A stretch of 62,860 bases of DNA, filler included, from Dicyema japonicum (GCA_011109175.1; 9 parts of 9 records of this genome joined end to end with filler, not necessarily neighbours in it); one strand, 5' to 3'. Positions 12,901-26,900 are shown, counted from the first letter of the whole stretch. The notes: generated by a model from the letters alone, not told the origin. Numbers and translations: made by a program.

Positions 12901-13029
12901 AAGGTGCCAACGACACATCTAAAATTTGCCGGCTTATTTAAATTATAAAAATAATTTATTATAAAAAACAATTATTTTTCAATTTAAATATTCCTTCTGA
13001 AGGAAACCCAGGGAATTAGGATTCCCCAG

Positions 13030-13140
13030 TGGCTGCACCGCGGATAGCAAACGAGTTACCTCGCAAGATTGCTATCGATACCCTGGTACAGCCAGCTGGT
13101 TTCCCGGTGGTCACTGCTCTGCTTTCCAATGAGCTTTAAA
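13030..13140 (-). mobile_element. CRE-like 3' end fragment
   Basis: Near-identical to 4439-4550. Confidence 0.7.
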
Positions 13141-14049
13141 TTAAAATAATTATGAATACACGAATTATTGTAATTAATATAAGTCGGATGATTATATTAT
13201 GTAGCATCTACTGAAATGGGCAAAAAGATGAAGCAGTTCAATATCCCGATGTACTTTTTCTGCTCTTTGACCTTCAGAACTAAAATCTCGTGACAATATG
13301 AGAAGGGTGAGATTTGTGGTTGAAAGTGTCATGGAGATTTTATCTCACACAAGTATTTTCCATTGACCAGGAATGACTACAGTACCTTCTTCAGTCGCTC
13401 CGATTTAGGGTTGAGCTTCAACCGAGTGTTAAAGTCTGTCGACTTCAAGCATTCCTGTATTTATATATATTCTTCTGTTCTTCAAGTCAAAAAGAATCTC
13501 GGCAGCATTTTACTCAGAAAGATTGTATGTTTCTTTAAAGATTGTCATATGGAAGATATAACATTTCTTGTATGCGGTCTTAAGATATAATTTTGCTTTT
13601 TTGAATTTTTACTAATTCAGAGTGTATGGTTATGCTAATTCACTCATAAAATTCACATCGAAAGTTATAATGTAGTAATTGTACAAAGGGAATGATTATT
13701 CATTTATGGTCTGGGGAAGATTAACTACACATAGTTTTGTATGTTATGAACTAGGTTTCCTATCCTTATATTTATTGCAGAAAGAATTATCTTCAGTATT
13801 TCAACTTTTAAACAAGGATATCGATTGCGGCAGGTTACACTAGGTGCCTGCTGCCAGGTGCTGACATTTTTTCTTATACCTAATTGCTTTATGATATTTT
13901 CAAAGTTTTTTTAACTTTTTCATCACTATATAAAGTGAAGACATACGTAAGAAATCATCTTCAGTATTATTCTAAGAAATCATTTCAGTTGTTGATCATT
14001 TAAGTGCTGTGGGTGTGTCGGTTTTCAAGAGTGAAAATAAAACAATTAA

Positions 14050-15507
14050 GACAGAAAAGGAGCATTTATCATATTAAAATAATTTGGGGAGGCAACATTA
14101 CTGTTGTGCTCAACAACATGAAATCGATCAAGAAGGCACGAGTTTCTCGCCGACAGTCAGGGAGTTCCTACTGAATTTCAAAATCGGAAAAGATGTGAAA
14201 AACTTTCGAAATGAACTAGAAGAGAGCAAACCTTTTGGAGAGGAAGGCCATTCTTTCCAAATAAGAAATTCGGGCCAGTGGTAATAATTCTAAAGAATGT
14301 CCCAACTTGGATCGAAATTGAGGAACTCGAGACTTCCTGAAAGCAAGGTGATAGGAAAAATGACTCTCGAACGCTTTGAGAGAAGGGGGAGTGAGACTGC
14401 CTATCATTAAATGGTAACTTCTGATCAGGGAGAAACTCAATCGCTTGTACGATTTTTGGCTAAAGATCGGCTTTTCGAATGTTTAAGGCCGAGTGATACA
14501 GAAAACCGGAATTCAGTGCTATCGATGCCAAGGGTTGGCCACATAGCACGCTTCTGTAAAATCAGGAGAAATGTCTATTCTGCTCGGCACACATTCTGAA
14601 CAGATTGCAAGGACTCTGGCATGAAAATGTGTCAACTGCGGTTCTCCTAACCACTTGGAAAGTTATCGGGGCTGTGAGAAAGCTAGAGAAGCTTCAAAGC
14701 TGAAAATGAGAAAATATTGGTGCAGAAACTGTTAAAAAAAGCTTTAAAGCTGAAAAATGAGAAAATGTTGGTGCAGCATGAAACTGTTAAAAGAAGCTTC
14801 GGAGAATGCCAAAATCAACCAAACAGACATAAAAAATTCAGCCTTTAAGCATGAAAGGATGGAACGTTCCATGAGTTAGGAAAACAGCTGAAGTTGGAAT
14901 ACAGACCGAGGAAACGACTATATCTCACTCGGCTGTGCAGACTTTGTCGACTTCAGAAGCTGGGTCAATGACGTGTCGACCTCGAGCTGACTTAATCAGT
15001 GAGCTCGAAAGTCTATTAAGGATGTGACCAGAACTAAAAGGATGCCAAGCTTTTACTCGGTTTGGTGGCTCTCCTAAAAGAGGAAGCAGCCACCAAATAA
15101 AACAAATGTAACCAGGATTACCCTGGTTAATGCTCGTTCTCTTCGAAAGCGGGCAGCAGAGCTGATAGCTTTTATCAGCACAGTTCAGATGGATGTATTA
15201 TCATCAACGAGACGAAAATGAAGAAGTTTGGAAGTATCACTATTCCTGGATACAGCTCAATTGATATTCCTTGGTATCCTGGTGCTAACGCTGGCACAGG
15301 AACATCAATATTTTACAAAAAGTCTATTGATAGTCGGAATCCAAAAATAATTGAACAGAATGTATGTGAATTAGCATCAATGATCTAAAAATTCTATTGG
15401 ATGGATAACCGTTGGGGGTATTTACTCCAAAGGTTGAAAGACTTTTCGTCGATTGTCAAAAATTTTATGGAAGAAATGAACATCCAATCTTGTGTGGAGA
15501 CTTAAAN
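14050..15507 (+). mobile_element. Two-ORF LINE remnant (gag-like ORF1 with zinc knuckles plus APE), jockey/I-like
   Basis: CYRCQ..GHIARFC..KCLFC knuckles at ~14520-14600; LVNARSL, NETK and CGDLN APE motifs; truncated by gap. Confidence 0.7.
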
Positions 15508-17569
15508 NNNNNNNNNNNNNNNNNNNNNNNNNNNNNNNNNNNNNNNNNNNTTAATTAATTAANNNNNNNNNNNNNNNNNNNNNNNNNNNNNNNNNNNNNN
15601 NNNNNNTTAAAAATATTTATTTAATTTTTATACTGATTATTAAATAATGGAATTAATTGATAATATTATTAATTAACATAGCTTTCTGAAGATTCAATGA
15701 TAATAATTCGTAAATAATTCCAATTGAAACATTCCGTAAAATGTTAAGAATAAGAAATAAATCGATTTCAAAGTATAATAGTTATTTTTTTTAAATAGAA
15801 GTGATAATAAAGTTTGAATTAATAAATAAAATTATATTACTTTAGCTTGTTGTGATGTAAACATTAAATTTCAATATTTATCTATTTTAGTTTGAGTAAT
15901 GGCCACTGTGGATATAATCCCCTTTTTAACATTGCATGAAAATAACCAGGAGTTGGAAGTTGAGTGCGAAATGGATGTCCTAAACGAGTTGGAGAGTATT
16001 GATGACAACGTAGAATTAAACAACATGTAATTGACAGGCAGCCATACGACAAATTGATTAACAAAGAAAGAAGAGCCACATTTTCTTTTAGATCATTGAT
16101 TTTGTTGATTTTAAGATTTTTCAAAAGAAATTGATTGTACATTTTTTTTACTTGTGGTATGATTTTCGGGTTCTNCAGAAAAACTTTCTGGGAACCGTTT
16201 TATGAGTTGACTTAATTTATATGCTATGAAAATAATAATGTAGATTTTTTAAAATATTTATCAGTTAACAATTTATTTTGTTAAAATATACGGATAGTAA
16301 ACAATATAAAATCTTTATTTAAAATAAATATTTTATTAGTAAAAAAGATTTTAACGCAGAATATATACCATACTTATTTTCATTTATTTGAATTGTTTCC
16401 TTATCATGAATATATCTTGTCTGTATCTTTGCGCAGTGGCGGTACCATAGTCAATGACGGTTTACCGAGGCGTGGTTATTGCTAATTGAAAACTGCAACC
16501 AATTCCCGCACGTCTTTGCTTTGCTGGACGATGCAATTTCTGTAAGTCCACTGGTGGACTATTCTAATTTTATTTTTTATTAAAAATACAAGAATCACAA
16601 AAGAAATGACCAGTTTGATCGGCAAGCGAGAACATATAACCGTTAGATCCCAGCCAAACGGATAGCTTACGCGGTGCCGGGCACGATTCTGAACGACATC
16701 TTCTGTCTCAGCCAAGGGGATTCAATAATTTATATGAATTAAAATAATTGGTCAGAAAAGACACAAGAATTCAAAATTTCTAAAATGGAAGCGATGGCAG
16801 AACAGAAACTGCATTCCCTCAAACGTTCAGAGAAAAAATAGGAAAGAAATATCAGTAAATTAATGAAAAACGAATTATTTATTCAAGTTGTGAGATTATA
16901 GACGACACATCAATTAAATGCGGCATTTCGAAAATTTTAAAAGAATTATTTGAGCCACTTTCACCAAGCTGTAAAAATATTTATAAAAAACTAACCTGAA
17001 AAAAATTTAGAAACTTTTTATAAAATGGATATTTAGAATAATCTGGGAAATCTTTTTCGGTTTTTATTAAAACGTTTTTAACGCTGTCAATATTTCTTTT
17101 TAAGGCATTTATCAAACTCTTAAAAATTTGAAAAATTAAAATAACAGTTAAAATATCAATTTCTGAATAAATGTCCTCGAGTCTACTATCCAAATTTTCC
17201 AAATTAGATTTAATCTCATTTTCAAAAAAATGATTCATGTTATAAATCAATTTAAAAATTATTAAAAAAAATACTTCATCAAGGGATTTAAAGTTCATCT
17301 CATATTTATTCAATAGTTTTTCGACAGATAAATCGTAGTCTTTTGTCTACTTTTAAATGGTTATATTTTTAAATTCACAATTTTATTTATACGTTTTTCA
17401 ACCGAATTGAGTACATTAGAAATAGATACATCAATAAGTAGTTCCATTAACACAAAGAAGTATTATTTTNGCCTTTGAGAAAATTATGAGAAAGTTCACG
17501 CGATTTTATAGTTGAAAATTAAAACTCGAAACTGAGATGTTTTTATTTATTTTTTTTCATTTTTTTAAC

Positions 17570-17860
17570 AATTAAACAAATGTCAGTTGAGGAAGCCTGC
17601 TGCGTGGATTGCGAACGAATTCCCTCGGAGTATGCCATTCCAATCTTTTGTCTTAGCCATAACCCTTCTTGTTGATCCCTTTTCTTTCTGGTAAGCAATC
17701 CTCCAAGTTTTCGCAAAAACTCAGCCGTCATTGGACCAACGGCTCCCGATGATTCAGTCGCAACAAAAGTAAATCGGTAGCGATCCCCGAGGCAAAAATA
17801 TTTATTGATTTTTAGGTTCTCTGCAGTCAAAGCAGCTGCTCCAGGTGTCTTAAATAAATT
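17570..17860 (-). mobile_element. CRE-like C-terminal fragment
   Basis: GAAALTAENLKINKY..FVATESSGAVG..WLRQKIGMA. Confidence 0.65.
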
Positions 17861-17889
17861 AATTTTGGGATGGGAAGTGGTTCCGCGTT

Positions 17890-18060
17890 AATAGCTGAGG
17901 AGGCAGCTCTGACTTCTGATTTTCGAGAATTTCAAAATAAAAAATACGACAGCCTTTCTAAAAGATTCTATGTACAGCCCATTTTGTCGAGACGAGTGGA
18001 GTCTTTGGGCCAAAGACGGTCTCTTTTCTAATATCGCTTGGATCAATGATATCGAATGTG
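17890..18060 (+). mobile_element. CRE-like C-terminal fragment
   Basis: KIKKYDSL..FVETSGVFGPKTVSFLISLG across frameshifts. Confidence 0.6.
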
Positions 18061-19039
18061 TTAATAAGTGGTATTCCATTTTATCAGCTCGATTATTTTG
18101 ATTGTCATGTTAGGTTATAAATTGTTATAATTAAAAAAATTAATTTTATCTAAAAAAATGAACTATGAAGCTTTTTAATTTGTGCCAGTATTTTCAAAAG
18201 ATCCATGTATTATATAAAAATATAGATCATCCGAATAAATCACAAATCTTTACGTTTTTTTAAGAATTACTGAAAAAACAAAACCCATCGGAGGGTGGAG
18301 AAAATATTTCCATTTGCGGAGATGATTATGTTTCGCATCTTGTCGCTTTATTAATCAGCATATCAGACAAGCCACACAAATTAAGAAATAATTTGTAATA
18401 CCATCAATTCGAATTTTTTTCACAACAGCAATGCACCAAATTCTTCAGACTATTATAGAGTCTATTTCAATCAAAAATACAAAGGCGAATCGATGATAGG
18501 ATATTCGACGTGGGAAGTAATATTTGTTTATATTGAAAAATATTTAATTACAGCTAAATGAGTCAATACTTCTAGCAAATGAATACTTATTGACGTTATT
18601 ACTAAGGTCATGAGGAGGACCAACATATTTAAAATTTTGTCTCGATCACCTTCTTACTACAGAAAATTTCAGACAATACATACTGCCAGTAATCGAATAC
18701 GCATGTCTTTTCTGGAGCTCGATGATTTCTGAATCATCGTCTCAAAAATTAAAAGCTGCACAACTTGCTGCCTTGGAAATAATTAACAAAAAATGTAAAT
18801 AACGTATTGAATATTAAAGAACATCTATGGTAGAGAGTGAAGTCATTTCTACAGTGGGCGATGAAACCGGCTGTCCGCTATATCTGACTATCTAGAAAAT
18901 GCAAGGAATCTATAGAGAATGAGACCGTCCCCGTATTTACCAATTCTGTTGGATTTTAGAGGACCCCGAAAAATAGCCAGAACCCGGAAAACCGGGATCA
19001 TTTATTTAGTAATTAACTTTTTTCTAATCCGGTGATATT

Positions 19040-19180
19040 GGGGTAAAAAAACTGAATCCTTATTACTGTCATATGTAAATTTTGTCAAAGATGGACGGAT
19101 TGTGGAGGAATTGCTTTCTATCCAAAAGCATGAACATAATACAAAGGGGTTATATCATTTTTTGACAGAGTCAATTTCTA
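19040..19180 (+). mobile_element. hAT (Charlie/Buster-like) transposase remnant
   Basis: LSYVNFVKDGRIVEELL..TKG. Confidence 0.45.
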
Positions 19181-19520
19181 GTCTCAAGGATATCAAAAAT
19201 ATGTGATAGGTTATCAAATTTTTAAGTAAAAATTTCGAATTTATAAAGTCAAAATAAATCGCTCTAGTAGTAATTTCGTTTGGTCCATCAAATCTTTACG
19301 CAGGTCATAACTCAAGGCTAAACAATAATACGTCTTGGCTGTAAACGAGGTTGAGCCACAAATGAGATGTGGAATGTCAGTTAGTTGGTTAAATGCACTC
19401 CCGCATTATCCATAAGCATATGAATACTTAGGGAACCATGTGTGCCGTGCTTATCACTATCAGTTTTAACGGTTTTCTCCATATAACATTCCTCCTCGCA
19501 CGTCTCAGCAGTTCATGTGG

Positions 19521-20246
19521 GAGTTGAATTGTAAATAAAGGAGCATGCGGGTTGATCATTTAGTCATCAAACTAGTTGTTAACTTCTTCCATCACTGATG
19601 ACTTTTAGCCATGTCCTGAAATCTGTAGAAATCTTCCCTGTTCTTGAGGAGTTGAATTATTAATAAAGGAGCATGCAGGTTGATCATTTAGCCATCAAAC
19701 TAGTTGTTAACTTCTTCCATCACTGATGACTTTTAGCCATGTCCTGAAATCTGTAGAAATCTTCCCTGTTCTTGAAGTCATGACATCGGGAGACAAGAAA
19801 AGCAGAGCGTTCAGAACAAAGCAGTCCTCAATGGCCACATTCGCCAGAGTCATCAGTTTCAGACGAAGTGAATGTCTAAACTTCCACCAAAATCTAGTAC
19901 GAAATTTCTGCGCTTCTCGTTTTTTNGTCCTGAAGTCTGTAGAAGTCTTCCCTGTTCTTGAGGTCATGACATCGGTCGACAAGAAAAGCAGAGCGTTCAG
20001 AACAAAGCAGTCCTCAATGGCAACATTCGCCAGGGTCATCAGTTTCAGACGAAGTGAATGTCTAAACAGCCTCCAAAATCGAGTACGAAATTTCTGCGCT
20101 TCTCGTTTTTTATAAAGAATTTTCGTCGGCTGTCTGAATTGATTCCTGAGCTCCATGACATTGGACGTTAAGAGAGAGAAGTCTAGTCCATGAATTCGGT
20201 GTTTTCCAGACATAGTTTTTAAGAACCACGTCACCACCTCAAGCAA
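19521..20246 (-). mobile_element. RTE-like 3' remnant with local duplications
   Basis: FWRLFRHSLRL..TLANVAIE resembles RWRLFGHVLR..PAN.AM; 128-bp duplication, plus a 186-bp duplication at an N join. Confidence 0.6.
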
Positions 20247-20593
20247 AAAATAAGATTATTTAAAAATATAAAAAATCATAACAATTTTAATTTTCGAATC
20301 TTATTAAATCTAAATTTTCTTTAAAATTTTAAATATTTTATAAACGCACGCACATTCGAAGGTTCAACAACTGTCAGCGATAACAGAATGGTATTTATAC
20401 CTTCAATCTGGCAAAACATGGTATCAAACATAAGAAAAGTAAAAACATTACAAACAATAATAATGAGAATACAAGAAATTGATACGAAACAGAAAAACTG
20501 ATCTCTCATCCAGATACACTCAAAATTACTAAAGGGGATCGCACAAAGAATATAATAAACGAATCAGCAAGCCAGTACCTCGGCACGCGAGAG

Positions 20594-21048
20594 ATGACTA
20601 CTATGGGTCTGACGATACATACAAAACTAGCAAAGGAGTTAAAAGAAATCCATACAAAAAAACTAAACGAAAAATACTATTACAAAAGATATGCCCTTCA
20701 TGGGCAGAGGGAAACCTCAGAAGAGGAATTGAAGAGGCTAGACACGTTTCACAGGAATCATCTAAGAAACATAACTGGAATATCCTGGCCATCCAAGATC
20801 TCGCGGAAAAGTCTGTACAATAAGTGTGACTGTACAACAATATGTTCGAGATCATTAGTTTTCGTTGGTAACTTTTTGGACACGTCCTAAGGATGGACCC
20901 ATTATCCCCCCGAATAGTGCCATGGAAGATTACTAATCTTCCCATGTAAAACGCTTTCGTGGAAGACCAAGAACAACCCTCACGGTCATTTTACAAGGCG
21001 ATCTGAAAACCATAAAGAAAACATTGGCATTTTCTGACGACCTGGACA
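20594..21048 (+). mobile_element. RTE-like 3' remnant
   Basis: LDTFHRNHLR..WPSKIS, LFGHVLRM and RGRPRTTL motifs. Confidence 0.75.
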
Positions 21049-21148
21049 NNNNNNNNNNNNNNNNNNNNNNNNNNNNNNNNNNNNNNNNNNNNTTAATTAA
21101 TTAANNNNNNNNNNNNNNNNNNNNNNNNNNNNNNNNNNNNNNNNNNNN

Positions 21149-22081
21149 CGACGAATGTACAGTTATGTTATACATATAAGTGGCACTAGATGAGATTTGA
21201 ATCCATGATTTTTCTGAGTATTTTGCTATCATTTTTGACAGAATTTGGGTGATGGTTTGGTTGAAGCGTTCGACAATGCCTTACAAAAATGTATACGAAC
21301 AACTAAATACCTTGAGAACGAGGATTGTTCGGTCTTCCGTGAACTTGAATTACATTAAATTCATTGCTAAGTGTCCGAATGTCAAAATTTTTAAATTCTG
21401 TACCGTTGTCTGATTGTAAAATCATACAAGGTCCATGTTCATGAAATATGTTTTTTAATTGAAATGCAACCTAAATTAAATATATAATTTTTAAGAAGCA
21501 TCTTACTTCAAAGCCGGATTTGTTTTTTAATTTTCTAGTCATGGCAAACTTTGAATATACATCAATAACAGTGAGCATCCATTTGTATTCATCGTTGACA
21601 GAATAAAATCTTTTCAGATCAATAAGATCCATTTGAAATCTTTCATTTGGCTTTAACGCTATGATATGATTTTCTTGATCACTTATCTATTAAATATTAC
21701 CGAAAAACAAACTTTTAAAGGAGTAGAAAACTTACAGATTTCACATGAATTTATTACGGCCCGTATAACACTTCTTTTGACGTGGAAGTAATACTTATTG
21801 CATATATCCTCCATTTTATTCATTCCAAGATGCCCCTGGATATGGAGTGCGGAGATAAAAACTTGCATCTCTTTTTCATTATCCATGCAAATCACGAGCT
21901 TGTGATTTCCATTCGAATCTTTAAGATACATCTTCTCGTTAATCATTATTAATTTTTTCGGTTTTTGCAAGAGCCGGAATTTATTATGTTTGTTCGGAAT
22001 TGTAATCATTTCTTCTTTAAGGATTTGTTCAATTATTCGGTATTCATCCGAGCACTTTACGTAGCCTCTGTATGCAGACAT
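21149..22081 (-). CDS. Spliced HHCC-DDE integrase (Ginger/KRAB-A2-like DNA transposase), 3' end lost in gap
   Basis: Exons 22081-21713, 21686-21507, 21470-21311 and 21279-gap; introns of 26, 36 and 31 nt; spliced ORF open with H..GH..C..C, QMDLID, LQSDNGTEF and GIVERFN. Confidence 0.85.
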
Positions 22082-22339
22082 CTTTTTTGGAAAACACGCT
22101 ATTATTGGCCAGGTCACACCNAAAAAACTTAACATTTTTTAACTCTATTCATAGTAACTATCTTAGTTTCATTCTGTAATTCGATCTAAATGTTAGGAAA
22201 GACAACTAACCATTAATCTGTTATTAGACATTACATTTTTTACTTTTCCCTTTTCTTCATATGGGATTCAAATCTGTGTAGTTTCAATGAAGGATTCGTT
22301 CCATAATCTTTTAAGATTCGAACCTAAGCTGTTACTATT

Positions 22340-22830
22340 TAATTATACCTCATTCCCTATTTCAAAATCATATTTTGACTTGTGTACTCCCATTTTTTTA
22401 TTCATTCTTTTAAAATAAGATGAATTCATGTCTGGAGGAGTAAAATTAAAAATTTTATTATTCGTTTCTAAAAATAAATACATCGTAAATTTACCATTAA
22501 GTTCATCTTCTACAAACGATGCCTCATTATTTTCATCTAAATTATAAATGAAATTATAACCTGGTATTTCATTAATCACAGTGTTAATTCCAGAAATACC
22601 CCTAAACTTTTTGAATGGGGTCTCATTGATCGCCGTGTGATGTGTCGTATTATACGAAAAAGTTACTTTGTCTAAAAATTTTATTTTTTAAAGATTTACA
22701 GACTACGAATTTGCTGTAGATGTCAATGATGGTTAATATCAAATTATACCCCTCGTTAAAATCTTTATATCTTCTAACATCAATAAGATCCGCCTGGAAT
22801 CTTTCATTTGGACTTGTTGCCGTTACATGG
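22340..22830 (-). mobile_element. Integrase element remnant, same superfamily, deleted
   Basis: PNERFQADLID..LILTIIDIYSKF and SYNTTHHTAINETPF..FRG. Confidence 0.65.
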
Positions 22831-22854
22831 TAATTAGAATCGGATACCTAAGTA

Positions 22855-23350
22855 CAGTAAAACCTCTCCAATCCGCCGATTTTGGGACCGATCAAAAAAT
22901 CGGCGGATTCGAGAGGCAATTTAAATAATATTTTATAGTTGAAACATGAACTTACAATATAGATTAAATATTTCTTTTTATATACAAATGACTGAATACA
23001 TAAAATTATTTATATTCATAAAAATCAGAAATTTTATGTTTTTTATTTAATTTTCTTAACATTTCCCCAATTCGCATAATATTTTCGTGATCATCTATAT
23101 CTGCATTTACCTGAGAAGCATAAGTTTTAATAATCTCAAGAGCTCTGAAAGCTTCTAAAAGATTAACTCTTTTCTCATTTGATTCCTCTTCAATAATTGT
23201 TTCCTAAGTATAATTATTAAATAAAATCACTAACTGATTGAAATTTTTTTGACTGTAATGTATCAGCTTGTTCAGATTTTTCTAAAAATTCCATTAGCTC
23301 TTCATTTTCAGTATATCCATAATCANCATAAGAAATTATGAGAATGTAGT
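22855..23350 (-). mobile_element. pogo/Tigger-like 3' remnant
   Basis: TA|CAGTAAAACCTCT terminus with internal hairpin; minus strand VNLLEAFRALEIIK helix like the 10514 ORF. Confidence 0.55.
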
Positions 23351-23477
23351 TAATTAACTAACCGGATTATTCACTTTAATATTTCCTTGTTCCACTTAAT
23401 TTTCCCTGCATTGACATTAATGTGATTGATTATTCAATCCAATATTTCCTTGTTCCACTTGTTATTTCTAATTAGTG

Positions 23478-23960
23478 CAGGGGTGTCAAACATGCGGCCC
23501 TCGAGAAGCATAGGTGCGGCCCTCAGCGTACCTTGACAAGCATAAGTGCGGACTGAATCAATCTCTATAAAACACAAAAAATTATGTAATTATTTTTTAA
23601 ATTATTGATTAAAATTTTTAATAGTATTTGTAAATCGTGTTCGTCAATGTCACGTGCTTCTTCTGGAATTAAGAAAAGGTGTTTGAAAGATGAACGGAGA
23701 GTGTTTCAAGATAAATGGGAACTTCTCTATTTTTGTACAACGGTTGATGGAAAAATACACTGTTTAAGACTCACTTGTTCAAAGATATTTCATTATCAAG
23801 AAATACTGTTGCCGAACACATTAATGAAATGGCTTTGAATTTGAAACACCAATTAAAGTCTGAATTGTTAAAGTTCGAATATTTTTCAATTGCAATCGAT
23901 GAAACAGTCGACGTTGTTGGAATTGCACAATTAGCAATCTTTGTTAGAGCCATGGTTTTT
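23478..23960 (+). mobile_element. hAT transposon left part (SPIN/GTF2IRD2-like)
   Basis: TIR CAGGGGTGTCAAAC; RVFQDKW, ISLSRNTVA and FSIAIDET..QLAIFVR motifs. Confidence 0.8.
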
Positions 23961-23977
23961 CATTATAATAAATTTTT

Positions 23978-26900
23978 TATATTCCGCCTCCCGGCTCCTG
24001 TGCCAAAGAATTTACAGTGGATTTGTCCGCACTTGGCAAGGTGGAAAACTTGCTGGTTTCGGGGGATTTTAATGCCAAACACCCCTCATGGTATTGGAAA
24101 CAACCTCCAGATAAGAGGGGGAACCTAATAAATTCTCATTTGGAAAATCTGTGTGTTTCAAACGACCCAAGGAAGAACACTCGAACCCCTTACAACGAGA
24201 AAAATTCACTCACTTTACCCGATATTACTATTTGTTCATCACGACTGGCACCTCTTGTCCATTGGTCCGTCAATTTTGACTTGGGGAGCGATCACAATCC
24301 TATCAAAATCAATTGCTCCCCGTCAACCCGTTCAAAACATGCGGTATTTCACGATTACGATAATGCCTACTGGACAGGATATAAAAAATATGTTGATTCA
24401 TCCCTATGGAATTTTCATCCGCAGAATTTCAACTCCCTCGATATGGCAGTCAATTACTTTAACAAAGTTATCCTCAAGGGGAGAGATCTATTTGTCAGGA
24501 AAGGAGTCCTGAAACTCACGAAAAGAAAATACGACGCTAAAACAGTTAAACTAATAAAAGAAAGGAATTTCCTCAAAAGCAGTACACATTTGACAAAAGT
24601 TACAACGAGAAGGATTCGGGCACTGAACGTGGAGATCGCAGAAAGTGCGAGACGTTTACAAAAAAGAAAATTGGACACGATTTCCCGAGGGATGAACAAA
24701 AAGGGCTCACTTTCGAAAATGTGGAAGATGTTGCGTAACATTAAAAACGCCGACAGTACAAACGAGGATGACCATAATCTCCAACTAGATCTAAACACTT
24801 TTATAAAACATTGCGTGAAGATAAGTCACAAGTCTTATAAAAAATCGGAACCCCCCTCAATTATTAGAGGGAAACCGAAAAGGGAGCCTCCATTATCGTA
24901 CTTCCTACCTCGAGATGTCGCTGTAGAAATTTCCCGACTAAAGAATACACGCTCCTGCGGACCAGACGGAATCCCAGTGATCATGCTCAAAAAATTGGGC
25001 GATGCAGCTGTCTCTGCACTTACGAGTATTTACAATTACTCGTGCAACTTCAATACCATTCCAACATTATGGGAACTGTCGACTATTCACCCAATCCTGA
25101 AGCCTGGAAAACCGAAGGAGGATCCTGGATCATACAGGCCAGTGTCCCTTTTATGTGTCCAGACACGAATTCTAGAGAGAATGGTGATGACATTGATTCG
25201 TCCCCTCCTCCCAGAAGTCAGTTTTCAACATGGATTCAAAGAGGGGCGATCAACTGTCACACACCTAAATGCTTTAATGAAATTTATATCAGATGGTCTA
25301 AACAAAAAACCTAAACAGGAAAAATCCATTGTCTGCTCGATCGACATAAAGAAGGCTTTCGATTCGGTGCCAAGGAAAATACTCACACAAAAGATCTATT
25401 CCTCAAATATTGATACAAATCTAAAACTATGGCTTGGGAATTTCCTGAGCGGTCGTCGGGGAAGGGCTTGTTATGGAAACAGATCTTCCATATCGAGACT
25501 ATTACCAAATGGGGTCCCTCAGGGTTCTCCTTTATCTCCACTCCTATTCAATCTCATGATGAACGACCTACCACAGCCAGAAGAGGACAACGATCTGTTA
25601 TTATTATATGCAGACGATATTATCGTCGCATCAAGGGATGTGAGCATAATAGAAGCAACGCGTAGAATACAAGATAAACTTAACAATCTGAGTACATGGC
25701 TATATAAAAACGAACTGGAGGCAAGTCCGGAAAAATCTATTTTGACTTTGTTCACGAAAAACAGAAGGCTTGGGAAAGTTTCAATTGAAGCAAAGTTGGA
25801 CGGGAAAATTATACCTCAGAACAAAACCCAGAAGATTATAGGAGTTACCTTCGACACGTTTCTAACTTTTTCAACCCACGTCGAAAATGTAGTTATGGCG
25901 GGTACAAGAAAGGTTAACTTCCTGAAGGCTTTCCTGGGGAACGCAGGAGATTGCAAAAGCCTATATGGTCTAAACAACATATATAATCAATACGTGGAAC
26001 CTACGATNGGGAAAATTATACCTCAGAACAAAACCCAGAAGATTCTAGGAGTTACATTCGACACCTTTCTAACCTTTTCAACCCATGTCGAAAACGTAGT
26101 TATGGCGGGTACAAGAGAGGTTAACTTCCTGAAGGCTTTCCTGGGGTACGCAGGAGAATGCAAAAGCATATATGGTCTAAACCAGTGGTTCTCAACGTGG
26201 GCGATATCGCCCAAATGGGGCGATGAATTTTATGAGATGGGGCGATGGATTTTTAATTTGGGGCGTTCGATTTGGAATGAAAATTTTAAATATATTCTAT
26301 TAAATTTTTACTAATTCTTAGATAAAAAACAGTTTATTATAAAACCAAATTTAACTAAGGTTACGCTATTTAATTAAGATTTTCACTCTCTGTTGGAGAT
26401 CTCTCTCCTCCTTTTAGGTATTTAAAATTATTTTTAAACTTCAAACCTTTTTAAACGTCAAAGATAATGCAATTTTCTCAAAACATTTATTACGCTGAAA
26501 TCGGAAATAAATTCCAGTTTTCATGATATAATAAATATTCAAATTCCACGATGGATAATCAATCCATTTATTGTTGATATAGTTGAGTGTCCAATTCACT
26601 TGCGAAAAGAATTAATTCTTTTAAAAAATGACGAAGAACATGAATTCAGACACGAAAATTGTGAAATTTCAAAATTTTGGCAAAATAAAAATATAGAAGA
26701 AAATTTTCCTAGTCTTTGGAATGAAATAACCCCGATGTTATTATGTTTTCCTTCTTATTTAGTCGAAAGAGGATTTAGCCAATTAAAACATATTCTAACT
26801 ATGGAGAGAAACACGCTAAATATATGTGATCGTGGAGATATTCGACTCAATCTGAAAAATCTTATTTAGTCGAAAGAGGATTTAGCCAATTAAAACGTAT

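Noticed and set aside
16430-16720. Possible exon pair with a GTAAGT..AG intron
   Set aside because: No recognisable protein after splicing in any frame
25800-26182. Apparent tandem duplication in the LINE RT, and similar ones at 19741-20112, 46550-46960 and 48780-49050
   Set aside because: Each has a single N exactly at the junction (26007, 19926, 46756, 48918): overlapping contig ends or alleles left unmerged
24017-26314. 765-aa ORF as a complete protein
   Set aside because: Its end is read-through across an N join and into the inserted hAT; the true C-terminus is at 27221-27523
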